A stretch of 63,885 bases of DNA, filler included, from Octopus bimaculoides (GCF_001194135.2; 9 parts of 6 records of this genome joined end to end with filler, not necessarily neighbours in it); one strand, 5' to 3'; shown: positions 35,605-50,493, counted from the first letter of the whole stretch. Notes: a model not told the origin generated them from the sequence alone. Translations and numbers: made by a program.

Positions 35605-36862
35605 GACTAAAGCAGCTCTTACACTTTAAAGAGGATATACTTAAAGACTTGGGAACAGGCTCTAACTCATGTATCTTGAATTCAGTAAAGTGTTCGGCAG
35701 AGTTGACCGTAATATCTTACTCTCACGATTGGTAAATAGTGGAATCCACGGAAAACTTCTACACTGGATTGCGTATTTCCTGGCGAATAGAACACAACAT
35801 ATTTTGGTCGATGGAGTCCATTCAAGCCCAGCAAAAGTCACCAGTGGTGTCCCGATATAAAAGACCTTTCCAGCATTGTAAAACACAGCAAAGTAAAAAT
35901 ATTTGCTGATGACACTAAGCTCCAGAAAATCATCAATGAAGAAGAAGACCGAACTCAACATCATTCTGATTTATATGCGGTGAGTCAATGAGCACACAAA
36001 ATTAAATGCAGCTAAACGAGGGAAAATTTGAGCTGATGCACTTGGGTAGAAAGACTATACTAAAACAGTCATATTCTTTTCCTTCAGGGGAGCCGCTCAC
36101 AGCATCTAATAATATCAGAGACCTAGGAGCAATTGTTGATAAGAATCCCATTTGGTGTGCCCACATCAACAATAAGGTCGATATAGAACCTTCCGGTCCA
36201 GAGAACTAGGTGTCATCATTCCAGATTTCTTCCCCTTTGTACGGCCACATCTCCAATACGGCTATCCCCTGTGGTCTCCCCATACAAAAGAAAACATCTC
36301 AAAAATTCAATCACCACAGAGATCATTCACTAAACGATTTAAGGACATGACTGATCTCGACTACTGGGACCGCATTAAAGCCTTGAAACACTACTCTCTC
36401 CAGCGCCGCCACGAGCGGTGCATCATTTGCACGATGTGGAGAATATACCGCCAGCATTGCCCAAACGACCTGAACCTTAGTTGCAAGGTACAACCAAGGC
36501 TGGGACCAGAGGCCATATTTTCGCTGCCCAATTGAGAAACACAATATATAAGTACATCGCGACACAATCTCTTTTCCTCAACAGGCCCTGCCCTATTTAA
36601 TATTGTCCCAAAACTGATCAAAGAGGAAAAGAATTCCATCATCTTTATACAAAATCTGGACACATTTCTTCAAGGATATACAAAATAAGCCACATATACC
36701 TGGATATAATTTACTCAACAAAAACTCCCTACAGGAGTGGACCATGCTGCCGCAAAACTTGACTTTAAAGGTATTTTGATAATCCTATCAGGTGGTGCTA
36801 TTAAGTTAAACAAGGCCTAGTCCAATCTTTGGTCGAAACATATCTAAGTTTATTTAAGTTTT
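35605..36862 (+). mobile_element. CR1/L2-group LINE RT and 3' end, decayed
   Basis: YLEFSKVFGRVDR..FLANRTQHILVDG..SGVP (QGxVLGP segment deleted)..KIFADDTKL (35902-35913)..LDYWDRIKALKHYSLQRRHER; TAAGTTT-type tail. Confidence 0.85.
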
Positions 36863-37284
36863 ATATATATATATGTATGTATGTCTGTAAAAATGTGTGT
36901 GTACAATGCGAAAAGTAATATAGATTTTGTTTTATGTACTGAATGATGCCACTTTGCAACCTAGGTAATCTACAATAGAGTATGCACATTAATATTTATC
37001 AAATGATAAACAAAAAAGTAAAATAATTATCGTTATTAAATTCGACATAGAATTTTGTGAACTAACATTCGACCTCAGTTAAGTCTGACAATGTGATTTA
37101 AAGGTAACATAAATGTCAACTACACAGCATTTCCTGCAAAAGAATTTCATGTTCTGCAATAAATTTTAACATTTCTTTTGGTGACACAAAACTAATTCAT
37201 CTCCTGATCATGATTGATATGAAGGCATATAACAATGTGGATGTCTCTACAACACTATAAGTACATTTGTAAACGCACACACAC

Positions 37285-37333
<49 letters not shown>

Positions 37334-37373
37334 TATGTAAGCATATATATGCATTCATATATATATATATATA

Positions 37374-37473
37374 NNNNNNNNNNNNNNNNNNNNNNNNNNN
37401 NNNNNNNNNNNNNNNNNTTAATTAATTAANNNNNNNNNNNNNNNNNNNNNNNNNNNNNNNNNNNNNNNNNNNN
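37374..37473. other. Artificial concatenation linker
   Basis: N44-TTAATTAATTAA-N44. Confidence 0.95.
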
Positions 37474-38690
37474 AACTCGAAGGTGTGAGAGAAGAGGAGT
37501 TTCGAAAGATTCACACGTCTTGGCTTTGTTTTCCGCAAAGCTGAGACGTCAGAATTTCATGTTAAAAAAATGTCTATTTTTGTGAAAGTTATGAGGAAAC
37601 AAAGTCGGGGTAGGTGGGGGTGAGGAACAAACTTGTGTAGATATGCCATAATACTTATAATTGTAATTTGTTTAATAAATGTGGTTTATTCAGTTTCAAA
37701 AGAGTATTTAAAAATATTCATTCGATTCAAAGAATACCAGTAAGGAATATATTGTTACGTAAATTGAACCAAGTAGCGATCTTCTCATTAATTCACGCCG
37801 TAAATTTCGACCCTCTTCCCACACAATTTCATCCGAATGATTCTGGTTAAGTGGTTGTTTGCACGCCAAACCCAATTAATTACCTCCCCCTGAATTCTTC
37901 AAGGTCCCTAAAATGGTAGCTGTCCGTGCCTTAGCGATAACAGATTAAGTCTCTTCACATTCTTTGATCGAATGTTGTCTTGGGTAATATTTGTTTTTTT
38001 AGCCTTACTGGGATGTCAGTTGACAAAGTACTGGAGGTTTGACGTTATCGATTGTACCTTATTTTCGACCTTGTACCTGTTACAAATCACCTGGTCGGTC
38101 GATGCAATAACCAACTAACACCTTTCTCCATTTAAATTTGAGGCCCTGTACTTATGTTGGAAAGGACTGTTATCAGTATTAAACTGGTCCTTCCCCCACC
38201 CCACAAAAAAATTCAGGCCTTGTGCCTGTAGTAAAAAAATTATTAGTGTATTTAGTCACGCCTCTTTACGTCCTGAGTTCAATTTCCACTCGAGTCAATT
38301 TTGCCTTTCATCTTTGCATCCCTTAACTGGGAACGATAAAATAGATACTAGTTAAGTACAAGGGTTCGATGTAGTTAACTGTTCCTGCACTCTACCTTAT
38401 TTTGTAGCCTTGTGCAGCACCTGTTAGAATGCATTTAATGTTGATGTTTGTTCCACCTATCGCCTCTGTATTGACTGTGTGTATTGAAGGAATCTTTGGT
38501 AAAAGGGATAGTGGGAGAAAGACTTGCAGGTATCGATTGGTTGTACGATAAATAAGAAAAGCAGGAACCATCTGCTGGCTTTTTGGACGTTGTATGTGTT
38601 GAAATGGTACAGGAAATTCTGTCGGTACCAAGATCTACTTACATTTTAGAAGAACATTGGATGGAATAAAAGTAGATAGGATCGCGTCCG

Positions 38691-38723
<33 letters not shown>

Positions 38724-39018
38724 NNNNNNNNNNNNNNNNNNNNNNNNNNNNNNNNNNNNNNNNNNNNNNNNNNNNNNNNNNNNNNNNNNNNNNNNNNNNN
38801 NNNNNNNNNNNNNNNNNNNNNNNNNNNNNNNNNNNNNNNNNNNNNNNNNNNNNNNNNNNNNNNNNNNNNNNNNNNNNNNCATACACATACACACACACAT
38901 ACATAATACATCTGTGTGTATTCACACAAACACTATTGCGACAAAACGTGGAAACGTTTCAAGTATCTCAATATTTCCATACCATAAACACACGCACACA
39001 TCTGTGTGTGTGTATATG

Positions 39019-39043
<25 letters not shown>

Positions 39044-39052
<9 letters not shown>

Positions 39053-39303
39053 AAACCGAATTCTGGATAGAAATGAAAAAGATGTTTACTTTGTTCATTA
39101 TATTCTGCAATCACACATATATATCACACACACAAGAAGAAATAACGTGTGTGTGTGTATATATATATATCTATATATATATACACACACACACACGTTA
39201 TTTCTTCTTGTGAGTGTGATATATATATATGTGTGATTGCAGACAATATTGAACAAAGTAAACATCTTTTTCATTTCTATCCAGAATTCGGTTTAATATA
39301 TAT
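39044..39303. repeat. Long foldback inverted repeat (~125-bp arms, almost no loop)
   Basis: TTAAACCGAATTCTGGATAGAAATGAAAAAGATGTTTACTTTGTTCA..CAAGAAGAAATAACGTGTG mirrored around ~39170 with a few mismatches. Confidence 0.92.
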
Positions 39304-40509
39304 GTATGCGTTGTATACTCAAAACGTGTGTTCGTGTGGGGTGTGTGATGCCATTGTGTTTCTATGTACGTAGATGAAGATCAAAGTACATAACGATGAC
39401 ATACTTCGGAAAACATGTTTGTAATGAACATTGGAAGTTAGGTGGCAAAGTTATTTTTCTCTCTCGGTGATATCAACAGACATTGTTATTGCTTTACGCT
39501 TGAGACATCCTCTCTTGATTACTGTAACCTGATCACAGGGCATCATATGTTATCTACGATTATAATATCTAAGTAAAAACAACTACATTTGAGACAATTT
39601 TAGATGCTATTTCGTGTGAGTCTTGAGGTGAATCCTCTGTCTCGGGTTAGTCCTGAACCGAACAGATCGATGGTCAAAGACATTCCAGCCATGATCATCT
39701 CTTCTCTTCAAGCTTTTCCAATTATCGGTAGCTTAATTTTGTAAATAAACAATTACATTCGTGAATCGGTGGAGTTTCGGAATAGCTATCACTTACCTCA
39801 TTGGAGAAAAGCACTAGTAATGTTTTACCGGAAAAGGACTCGGAATAGGAGCGCAAAAATATTTTTTTAAACAGAATTGTTTTGGTTAAAAAAATTATTA
39901 TTTCACAGAACGAAACATTCCCGCAATTTCTTGCCCTCTTCTTTCTGCATGATGAGGTAAAGATAGCTATTCTGAAAGTCCGTCGAACGAATATTAGACC
40001 TGTCTCAGGAATTTATTTGTTAATTCATTTGTAGATAAAAATAATAATAATAAAGAAATTGGTCAGTTGGCTGTCGATAAATAGGAAAGTAGCCTACATT
40101 CTTTATACTTTTCTTTTAAAGACGATGGAGTGTGTTTTGAGAGAAAATTGGCTGTTATTTTTAGTATGTCTATTGACCATGTAGAGGTCTCATTGGATCG
40201 CTGATTCTTTTTTTTTTTTTTTCCTTAATATTTCTGAGTTTACATTTCATCTTTCCGGGTTCGAGTAAATAGAACACCTGTCGTGTATTGGAGTAGATTT
40301 GATCGACTGCGTCGCTTCCTCAACAACGAATGACATCTGCTGGGGAAACGATTATATATTGGGGACAATATGCTTGACTGAACCTTCTAGCAACAGTTCC
40401 ACCTACTAGAAATATAGAGAGTGTAATCCGGGCAAAGATAAAATGTCTTTGATGTGGGCCAAATTGAAGACTCTTGAAAAAAAAAACAAATAAAAGACAC
40501 TATCAAAAA

Positions 40510-40740
40510 GAGAAAGCTAAAATTGGTTTACAGAAGTTCTTAATAGAATTCAGAATGGATGGGAAGAGAGGAAGAAGAAAACTATAAATTATAAATATGG
40601 ATAATATCAAAGTGGTGTATTTAAAACACACTGGATGCGTTAAGGACAGCACACAAAAAAAACTGAGATGGCGATCCATGGTATTCAACTCACTGGGAGT
40701 AGCCAATACCTGAGGAGGGCGTAGGCCGTTGACCGAGCTA
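40510..40740 (+). mobile_element. Probable RTE-like LINE C-terminal relic
   Basis: MDGKRGRRK..NMDNIK resembles the RTE terminal GKRxRGRP..WMDNIK motif. Confidence 0.4.
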
Positions 40741-42306
40741 TTAAAAGATATATAAAAATGAGCTGGGTTAAGGTTGGAATGCCTTTGATCTGCCCAATCT
40801 TGGCCTTTGTGTTAACAGGAAGTGATTAAATTCCATTGACTTTGTTTGTTGTGTGATAACTCATCCTACATTTTGCCAGGTGTTCCTGTTTCATTTGCCT
40901 GTTTTTACAATTACAATAGCTTCTGTTCCTTTATTGTACTCTGTCCGTCAAGCTTCACTTGTCATCTCTCTCCCCCATTTCTAATTTCTGGTGCCTCGCC
41001 TTTCACTCCCCAAGGACTGTGCAACTCCCTAAAAAAATTTTGTAAGTGCTCTGTCATATAGATAGATATTTACTAAAAGGCAATTATTTCATTTTTACAC
41101 CCACTCAACTTCTAGTGAAGCCTCTTGCATGATAGTTCCGCTACTAGAAATGGCAGCCAAGTCTTCCTCAAACTACTAGTCATAGTCTTGTATATCCCTA
41201 ACAAGTGGAATTGCCATATACTGAATGCTTTTTAATCATGGATCTGTTTCGTTAGGTGTATTGAACAGAAACACGGTAACAAAAGGACGAAGCAGAAGAC
41301 AGGTGTTTTTTTATTGATATAGTTCTTTACTGTGGCGTTGGGCGATTTTAGAAAGTTTAAAATCACTTGAATTTTATTTAACAATATTTATCTATGCTCA
41401 ACACAGTGTAAATCAGAAGACCTGAAATACATTGAAATATTATAATGCCTTATGTGAATAATTAAATAAAACATGTATGCACATTCTTTTTATATTATTG
41501 ACATGTGGGGAAGAAACGGGGGAGTTTCCTGACGGACCGTTTCCTGAACTGTTGACTGCTCCTCAAGGAAGACGTACTCGATTTTCTTCCCCGATCTATA
41601 ACAGAGATCAGCTGCTTATAAACCAATTTGTGTACCACCTTAAAGTGAAGGCTACATTGGATAATAATCTCAGATGTACAAAAGAGTCAGACATAGTTGG
41701 AAGCCTTTGAACATAGTTTTGTTTGATCAGAGCTGTCCTTGGCTATAGATAACGATAATCATCTTCATAGTGTTGTTGTTCTTGTTTGTTTTTATATATA
41801 TTTTCATATTAACAACTTTTTATTTAAGCTATTTACTCCTCGTTTTCCTCCCTTTTTCTCTTCTGTGTGTGTGTGTGTTGATGTTGTATAGCCACAGGCC
41901 AGCCTTAATCCAGCAGACCTGTGATCAAAAACGCCCCATCTATGACCAGCCTGTCTTATGTTGGGGCAGAGTTTAGCATGAATCTTTATTTCTATTATTA
42001 TTTGAGGAAGTGAGGGGGTATGCATTGAGGGAGAATTAGCTACCATTTCCAGCAAGCTGTGTGATCATGTAGATAGATGATCCCTCATCTATATTGTGAA
42101 GTTCTATGATGAAACCTATAAAATAGAAACAATAGAGATGTAAATAATATGTAAAGAGACCCACTTAGTGCTTGTAGTGTGTTTACCAGTGATAGGGGTG
42201 TGCAAACTACCACTTTCAGAGCAGATAATGTTGATAATTGCAGAGTAACTACATTGGCCGTTGATAAGCTTATGCATGCTTGCTTACGTACGTATGTATA
42301 TATATA

Positions 42307-42694
42307 GGAGTGGCTGTGTGGTAAGTAGCTTGCTTACCAACCACATGGCACCGGGTTCAGTCCCATTGCGTGGAACCTTGGGCAAGTGTCTTCTACTATA
42401 GCCTTGGGCCGACCAAAGCCTTGTGAGTGGATTTGGTAGACGGAAACTGAAAGAAGCCCGTCGTATATATGTATATATATGTGTGTGTGTGTGTGTGTCT
42501 GTCCCCCCAACATCGCTTGACAACCGATGGTGGTGTGTTTACGTCCCCGTAACTTAGCGGTTCGGCAAAAGAGACCGATAGAATAAGTACTAGGCTTACA
42601 AAGAATAAGTCTCGGGGTCGATTTGCTCGACTAAAGGCGGTGCTCCAGCATGGCCGCAGTCAAATGACTGAAACCAGTAAAAGAGTAAAAGAGT
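42307..42694 (+). mobile_element. SINE family B, young full-length copy
   Basis: Complete head to (AAAAGAGT) tail; CpGs intact. Confidence 0.93.
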
Positions 42695-43254
42695 ATACCC
42701 ACGTGTGTGTGTATACGTCCATGTTTATATATACGTGTGTGTGTCATAAGTGCAGTAGTTGTATTCATCACCTTTACTTACAGATCCTCCCAGATTGATC
42801 CGTTAATGTCTGTAGAAGGAAATATGGGCGTGGAAGGAATTCCAGTAGGTGCAGTTTATGGGTGGGTGGGTGAGTGCTGCTAGAACGGGGTCACCGAGGA
42901 CTAAACGACAAATTAACCTCTGCAGCCATCACAAGTCAACTAGCAGCCTCAAAGAAGGAGGATAACGGTTGGGGTGGAATGAGGTTGTAGTCCTATAGAT
43001 CTCTAAAATGACGACTCGAGCATGGCTGGAACGGCGATTTGTCCTGTTCATCCCTATATAATATAATATAATATAATGTAATATTGACGTGATCAATATT
43101 ACATTATTTTTATTTGGATGAAAGAAAAAAAAATCAATTCAATTTTTTTATGTCTCCGAGTTTTTTTGTTTTTTTTTTAATAAAGCATTTCTGATTTCTT
43201 CATCTTGTTAATTACTGGGGATCAATTTAATCAATTATAATCTTTAATCTTACC

Positions 43255-43354
43255 NNNNNNNNNNNNNNNNNNNNNNNNNNNNNNNNNNNNNNNNNNNNTT
43301 AATTAATTAANNNNNNNNNNNNNNNNNNNNNNNNNNNNNNNNNNNNNNNNNNNN
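43255..43354. other. Artificial concatenation linker
   Basis: N44-TTAATTAATTAA-N44. Confidence 0.95.
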
Positions 43355-43995
43355 TATATATATATATATATATATGTATAACAAATAATAAATGAGTATA
43401 TGCATATATATACATACATAAATATACATACATACATACATACACGCATACACGCACATAATGTATATAAGTGATTTTAGACATGATCAGCACCTATTCA
43501 GACAGGAGCAGAAATTCACAACCTCACAGACTCGTGACCTTTTTCTATCACTGTCTTTCTCCATCTCTCTATCACACACACACACACACTCTCTCTCTCT
43601 CTATAATTCACACAGACACTCACGCAGGCACACACACGTGTGTGTATATGGTTTGGCAGGTGCTTGTGTTGTTTCCTCTTTTTTTTCTCTTTTCGAAATG
43701 ATACTTGTGAAACCATAGAACGTATTCTGAGTTAAATATGTTATTCATTTTCCTATCTTCTCTCACTTAAGAGTTCGAGATAAGAAAAGCGACAAAAACT
43801 TATTTGTCATTTGGAAGCGATAAGAGCTTAGGGAATTACAGAATGTAAAACACACAATGTTATATAGTCATTGTATATACAAGAAATACCTGACAAAAAT
43901 TTATCACATGTTGAACTGTACAGTCTTCTCGCTTGTCAGTTCCATTATTGTAACAAGTTGTAGGCTACGTTTTGGTTTATATGAATGTGTCTTTG

Positions 43996-44038
<43 letters not shown>

Positions 44039-46993
44039 NNNNNNNNNNNNNNNNNNNNNNNNNNNNNNNNNNNNNNNNNNNNNNNNNNNNNNNNNNNNNN
44101 NNNNNNNNNNNNNNNNNNNNNNNNNNNNNNNNNNNNNNNNNNNNNNNNNNNNNNNNNNNNNNNNNNNNNNNNNNNNNNNNNNNNNNNNNNNNNNNNNNNN
44201 NNNNNNNNNNNNNNNNNNNNNNNNNNNNNNNNNNNNNNNNNNNNNNNNNNNNNNNNNNNNNNNNNNNNNNNNNNNNNNNNNNNNNNNNNNNNNNNNNNNN
44301 NNNNNNNNNNNNNNNNNNNNNNNNNNNNNNNNNNNNNNNNNNNNNNNNNNNNNNNNNNNNNNNNNNNNNNNNNNNNNNNNNNNNNNNNNNNNNNNNNNNN
44401 NNNNNNNNNNNNNNNNNNNNNNNNNNNNNNNNNNNNNNNNNNNNNNNNNNNNNNNNNNNNNNNNNNNNNNNNNNNNNNNNNNNNNNNNNNNNNNNNNNNN
44501 NNNNNNNNNNNNNNNNNNNNNNNNNNNNNNNNNNNNNNNNNNNNNNNNNNNNNNNNNNNNNNNNNNNNNNNNNNNNNNNNNNNNNNNNNNNNNNNNNNNN
44601 NNNNNNNNNNNNNNNNNNNNNNNNNNNNNNNNNNNNNNNNNNNNNNNNNNNNNNNNNNNNNNNNNNNNNNNNNNNNNNNNNNNNNNNNNNNNNNNNNNNN
44701 NNNNNNNNNNNNNNNNNNNNNNNNNNNNNNNNNNNNNNNNNNNNNNNNNNNNNNNNNNNNNNNNNNNNNNAAATGAAGTGTTTTACTCAGGAATACAGCA
44801 CACACCGCGGTCCAGGAATCGAAACCACAATTTTACGATCATGATTCCCCTTTTGCTAACCACTAAGCCACGCTCCTCATATATACATATATATATATAT
44901 ATACATACATACATAATTCCAAGTATACAGGCGTGTATGTGTGGAAGTATCTATATTGTCTAACTCTCTCACTCTCCCTCTCTCTTGCCCTTATCCCATA
45001 TATATATATGTGTGCGTGTGTATGTGTAGATATACGCGCAGACACTCATACATACAGATACATAGACAGAACACAATACTCGGAGAATCGATTTAACCAT
45101 TTTCATAGGCGACAACCATTTACACCTGCTAACGTTCCAAAAGACATGATGAACGCACAGATCCATTTGGCGCCTGACTGAAATTAATGCCGTATCCGAA
45201 ATCAATTCTACCCACTTGTCCGCAACAATAGCAAATCTCTCCAATTCTTCTCACCGTCAGGAAGCCATATATTTTAATATGAGATTTCTATCTCATTCGA
45301 TTATTGTGTCTGTCACGAGTCAATGATACCAGAAGAAGTCTATAAATGGTCGCCGGATATGCTAAAAAGTGCAGTCATCCAAAAGTCTCACAAAATGTAG
45401 CTTGAAAGGAAAAAGGAAAGGAAAAGATTGGATAACAAATTCCAGCATACAATAAATCTGAAAAATAACCGAAGTCGTCATGGGTGGACTATCTAAACAA
45501 AATTATTGTATATTGAAGATGGATCTATTGCACAGTGAGAGAATAATATATGAGCGGTAAATAATATATCAGCAGTAAATCGCTGACCACAAAATCGCCT
45601 ACTCAGGGGTCAACTACCAGCAAAGTCGATGTGACCAACAATGTCGTATGATTGGCAGACTATTTCTGTGTTAGACTCCGATTTTTGCTCCTGTTATCTG
45701 TTAACAAAGTCGAAGTCAAATAAAAGGCCGTGTTAGAGTGTTGGGTAGATTGCTACGAGAAATCAGTCGAGTTTTCCATGGTCTGAGCTAACATTTCGTA
45801 GGGTTTAATTTTGCCATTCGTCGTTTGCAATCGATAGAACCGTTCCAATTCCGGCCTCCTGCGATTAGTGTAGCTCATAATAGCTCAAGAAAGATTTCTG
45901 TGGTATCTGCTCAGGATGGTTACATTTCAAATAGCAACGCCTGCGAAACAGCAACAGACAGTAAGCTGTATCAATCGAAAGGTTGCAGATCCAATCCATC
46001 ACTGGAACGGTAAAAATCTTTAATAGTATCAAGAAGTTTATCGGTTACGTATATATGAGCATATCTAAACATGCAACATGAGAATACATACATGAAACAA
46101 AACATAGAAATCTGCACACATCCATCAATCCATTCATCCATCCATCCCTCCATCCATTCATCCATTCAACCATACATGCATACAAAAATACCCTGTTGTT
46201 GATGTTGAAATTCCAATGAAGGAGCCTTTGAGCTAGGTTAGAAACCGGTTCTTTCTCTATTGGCAAGAAATCTTTAAATAAACTGAATAATGACATGCAT
46301 ACATATATATTTATGTGTGTGCGTTTAGTTGTGCCTTTAAGAATTTTGCTTCTGTTTTACGTGCTGCCAAATTCTCTCACGCTAAGTGGCATCATAACGA
46401 ATCTTCTCCTAATATCGCCATTTCACTGAGTTTCTGGAAATCAAAAATTGCCTTGCCGTGTATAGATTTGTGTTTACAGGTGTGAATCGATGGAATTACT
46501 TTAATGTGTTTGAGTCACTAATGGCGAAGTAACTGTCAAAAGGAATGTAACGCAAAAGACGGCGTTAACGATTTGAAAGATATGGGTACAATGTGTCCCT
46601 GTCAAATAATGGATGCCATATATTTGAGCAAATCCCTTCAAAACTGTGACTCAACATGGCCGCTGCCAATAAATATCTGGGAAAACAGAAATCTTCAGTA
46701 GCTTCGTATAAAATTCAATGAATTAACTTGAGGTAATTTCGTTGGCATCTATCTGTGTGTCTTTGTGTGTCTGTATATATACATATACTCACAGAAACAT
46801 ATATGTGTATATATATATANNNNNNNNNNNNNNNNNNNNNNNNNNNNNNNNNNNNNNNNNNNNNNNNNNNNNNNNNNNNNNNNNNNNNNNNNNNNNNNNN
46901 NNNNNNNNNNNNNNNNNNNNNNNNNNNNNNNNNNNNNNNNNNNNNNNNNNNNNNNNNNNNNNNNNNNNNNNNNNNNNNNNGTATGTATGTATG

Positions 46994-47025
<32 letters not shown>

Positions 47026-47513
47026 TGTATTTATGTATGTATATATGTATATGTATGTATGTATGTATGTATTTATGTATGTATATATGTTTGTATATAT
47101 TGGAACTCATTAATCATTGTCATTTTTGAATAGAGTGTTTCTACAACGGGAATAGTAAGGGGCCTCATATTGATTTCATCAAACCTTTTATGCTCTGCTG
47201 TTGAAGCTTACGAATCTTTTGACGTATGACTACGAGAGAATGACGTATAAAACTTCCTAGTTAAAATGCTGCCTTTTGTGTTCTGTCACCGTCCGTTTTT
47301 AGTTCTGAGAATAGAATGGATCTTAAAATCGATATGAAAACAATAGGTTCCTGATGGACTCTGGTTAAATTTTATTACAAGAGCAGGATTTTGTCGCTGT
47401 CCACACATTCCCCATGATGTGGTTATCTAATCGGTTAAAACCGAACAGTCTATCATATCGTTGCCGCCTTATGGATATATTTGTAAGAGTCTCCGTCACA
47501 TGAATGGTTGTAC

Positions 47514-47544
<31 letters not shown>

Positions 47545-49101
47545 CATAAGCAAAATAAGGCAAGGTAGAAAATGCTAAAATAATTTTAACATGAAGAACT
47601 TTTTAGTACCNNNNNNNNNNNNNNNNNNNNNNNNNNNNNNNNNNNNNNNNNNNNNNNNNNNNNNNNNNNNNNNNNNNNNNNNNNNNNNNNNNNNNNNNNN
47701 NNNNNNNNNNNNNNNNNNNNNNNNNNNNNNNNNNNNNNNNNNNNNNNNNNNNNNNNNNNNNNNNNNNNNNNNNNNNNNNNNNNNNNNNNNNNNNNNNNNN
47801 NNNNNNNNNNNNNNNNNNNNNNNNNNNNNNNNNNNNNNNNNNNNNNNNNNNNNNNNNNNNNNNNNNNNNNNNNNNNNNNNNNNNNNNNNNNNNNNNNNNN
47901 NNNNNNNNNNNNNNNNNNNNNNNNNNNNNNNNNNNNNNNNNNNNNNNNNNNNNNNNNNNNNNNNNNNNNNNNNNNNNNNNNNNNNNNNNNNNNNNNNNNN
48001 NNNNNNNNNNNNNNNNNNNNNNNNNNNNNNNNNNNNNNNNNNNNNNNNNNNNNNNNNNNNNNNNNNNNNNNNNNNNNNNNNNNNNNNNNNNNNNNNNNNN
48101 NNNNNNNNNNNNNNNNNNNNNNNNNNNNNNNNNNNNNNNNNNNNNNNNNNNNNNNNNNNNNNNNNNNNNNNNNNNNNNNNNNNNNNNNNNNNNNNNNNNN
48201 NNNNNNNNNNNNNNNNNNNNNNNNNNNNNNNNNNNNNNNNNNNNNNNNNNNNNNNNNNNNNNNNNNNNNNNNNNNNNNNNNNNNNNNNNNNNNNNNNNNN
48301 NNNNNNNNNNNNNNNNNNNNNNNNNNNNNNNNNNNNNNNNNNNNNNNNNNNNNNNNNNNNNNNNNNNNNNNNNNNNNNNNNNNNNNNNNNNNNNNNNNNN
48401 NNNNNNNNNNNNNNNNTTCATAATTTTGAATAATCAAAATATCCGAAACAAGCAAAAGATAGAAATCTCGAAACTACTAACCTTTGTCTGAAAATGCATA
48501 CGCACAAATAAAAAAGAAATGGTAAAAGGAAACCGTAAAAGTAGTTGAAAAGAAAGATTCCACCACGAAATATTTACCAAATCCGAAGACAAAAAAACAA
48601 AGAAACAAAGTAAAGAAGAAAGAAAGAAAGAAAGGAAGAAAGAAACGCTGAACCAACTATTACAGTAAATCAGAATATGGACACGAAATTGTTTTCTGAA
48701 GAGGATCCCATAAAAAGCTTATTGAAATCTGCCTGAACAATTTATTTGCTTTCTTCTCATATAGAACACAATATCGGTCAATGATATTGAAAAAAGACAA
48801 AAATAGGAGGATGAAGGGAAAAGCAATATGGATGTGACAGAGTATTAAATAGCATCAACATGGTTTATGGGTGTATAGAAGGTAACATAAAACATCTATG
48901 GAAGGAAATATACGCTATAATATCATCGTTAACAAATATAATACGAAGACAATAAAGTATTATGGTGAGTTGAAAGGATTGCATATATATACGTGGATAT
49001 GTGCGTATGTATGTTTGTATGTGTATGTATACAGTCACGCACGCACACGCACAGAGAGGCACACATGCATATATCTATATACGAGTGCGTGTCTTTCCAT
49101 G

Positions 49102-49135
<34 letters not shown>

Positions 49136-49252
49136 CGTATGTGTGTGTGTGTGTGTATGTGCTTATATAAATATATTTACATAAAATCTTTTGTACATCC
49201 TTATATCATAAGTACATATGCGAGCTTATTTTTATATATATAAGTATTTATA

Positions 49253-49287
<35 letters not shown>

Positions 49288-49801
49288 NNNNNNNNNNNNN
49301 NNNNNNNNNNNNNNNNNNNNNNNNNNNNNNNNNNNNNNNNNNNNNNNNNNNNNNNNNNNNNNNNNNNNNNNNNNNNNNNNNNNNNNNNNNNNNNNNNNNN
49401 NNNNNNNNNNNNNNNNNNNNNNNNNNNNNNNNNNNNNNNNNNNNNNNNNNNNNNNNNNNNNNNNNNNNNNNNNNNNNNNNNNNNNNNNNNNNNNNNNNNN
49501 NNNNNNNNNNNNNNNNNNNNNNNNNNNNNNNNNNNNNNNNNNNNNNNNNNNNNNNNNNNNNNNNNNNNNNNNNNNNNNNNNNNNNNNNNNNNNNNNNNNN
49601 NNNNNNNNNNNNNNNNNNNNNNNNNNNNNNNNNNNNNNNNNNNNNNNNNNNNNNNNNNNNNNNNNNNNNNNNNNNNNNNNNNNNNNNNNNNNNNNNNNNN
49701 NNNNNNNNNNNNNNNNNNNNNNNNNNNNNNNNNNNNNNNNNNNNNNNNNNNNNNNNNNNNNNNNNNNNNNNNNNNNNNNNNNNNNNNNNNNNNNNNNNNN
49801 N

Positions 49802-49837
<36 letters not shown>

Positions 49838-50493
49838 TCATACATATATATGTAGTAAATGGAGTCAGAATTGTCAATCTTTATGAAGAAGTGCTTTTTT
49901 TTTATAACTACGCAACCTTGCTTCAATAACACCCCTCTTAGTCTGAACCTCACATTTATAACCTCTTTATACGGTGGAGCTTTTAATATTAATCAATGTT
50001 ATACAAACAGAAGAAGAAAAAAAATGATCCACTATATCGCTCATCCTAAAATAAATTTGCCTCTGAGAGAGTAAGGCAGAGAAAAAGAACTGGAGGCGAT
50101 AAAAGCCGGTATAGATAAAGATACCCACAGAGAAAAATGTTGACAGTTACGAGAGTGAAAAAATTTATGATCTATATATGCAACATTATTCGATTAATAC
50201 TAATAAAATATTTATATATACAGAATTTTGAAATGAATTAAGTGCAGTGTGATGCTGGTGTCTAATTGGTAAATGGCCGCCACAAGTCTGATAAATATAT
50301 GGTACCGGCAAGATGTTAAAACCTGTTCTATTTATGGGTGTTGGTTTAATTTTCGTAAAGAGCGTATATGAGTTACCTTTGGTCTTCTTAACCGTTCAGG
50401 TAAACTTTGTAATTAAACACAGACACACGCATAAATAGATTTACGCCCTAACGTTCAGAGAGATATTTGATGATCGCTACTGATGAGATACAA

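Noticed and set aside
13784-45181. One plus-strand gene linking MATEKPPT with later exon candidates
   Set aside because: The candidates lie in different segments separated by artificial linkers.
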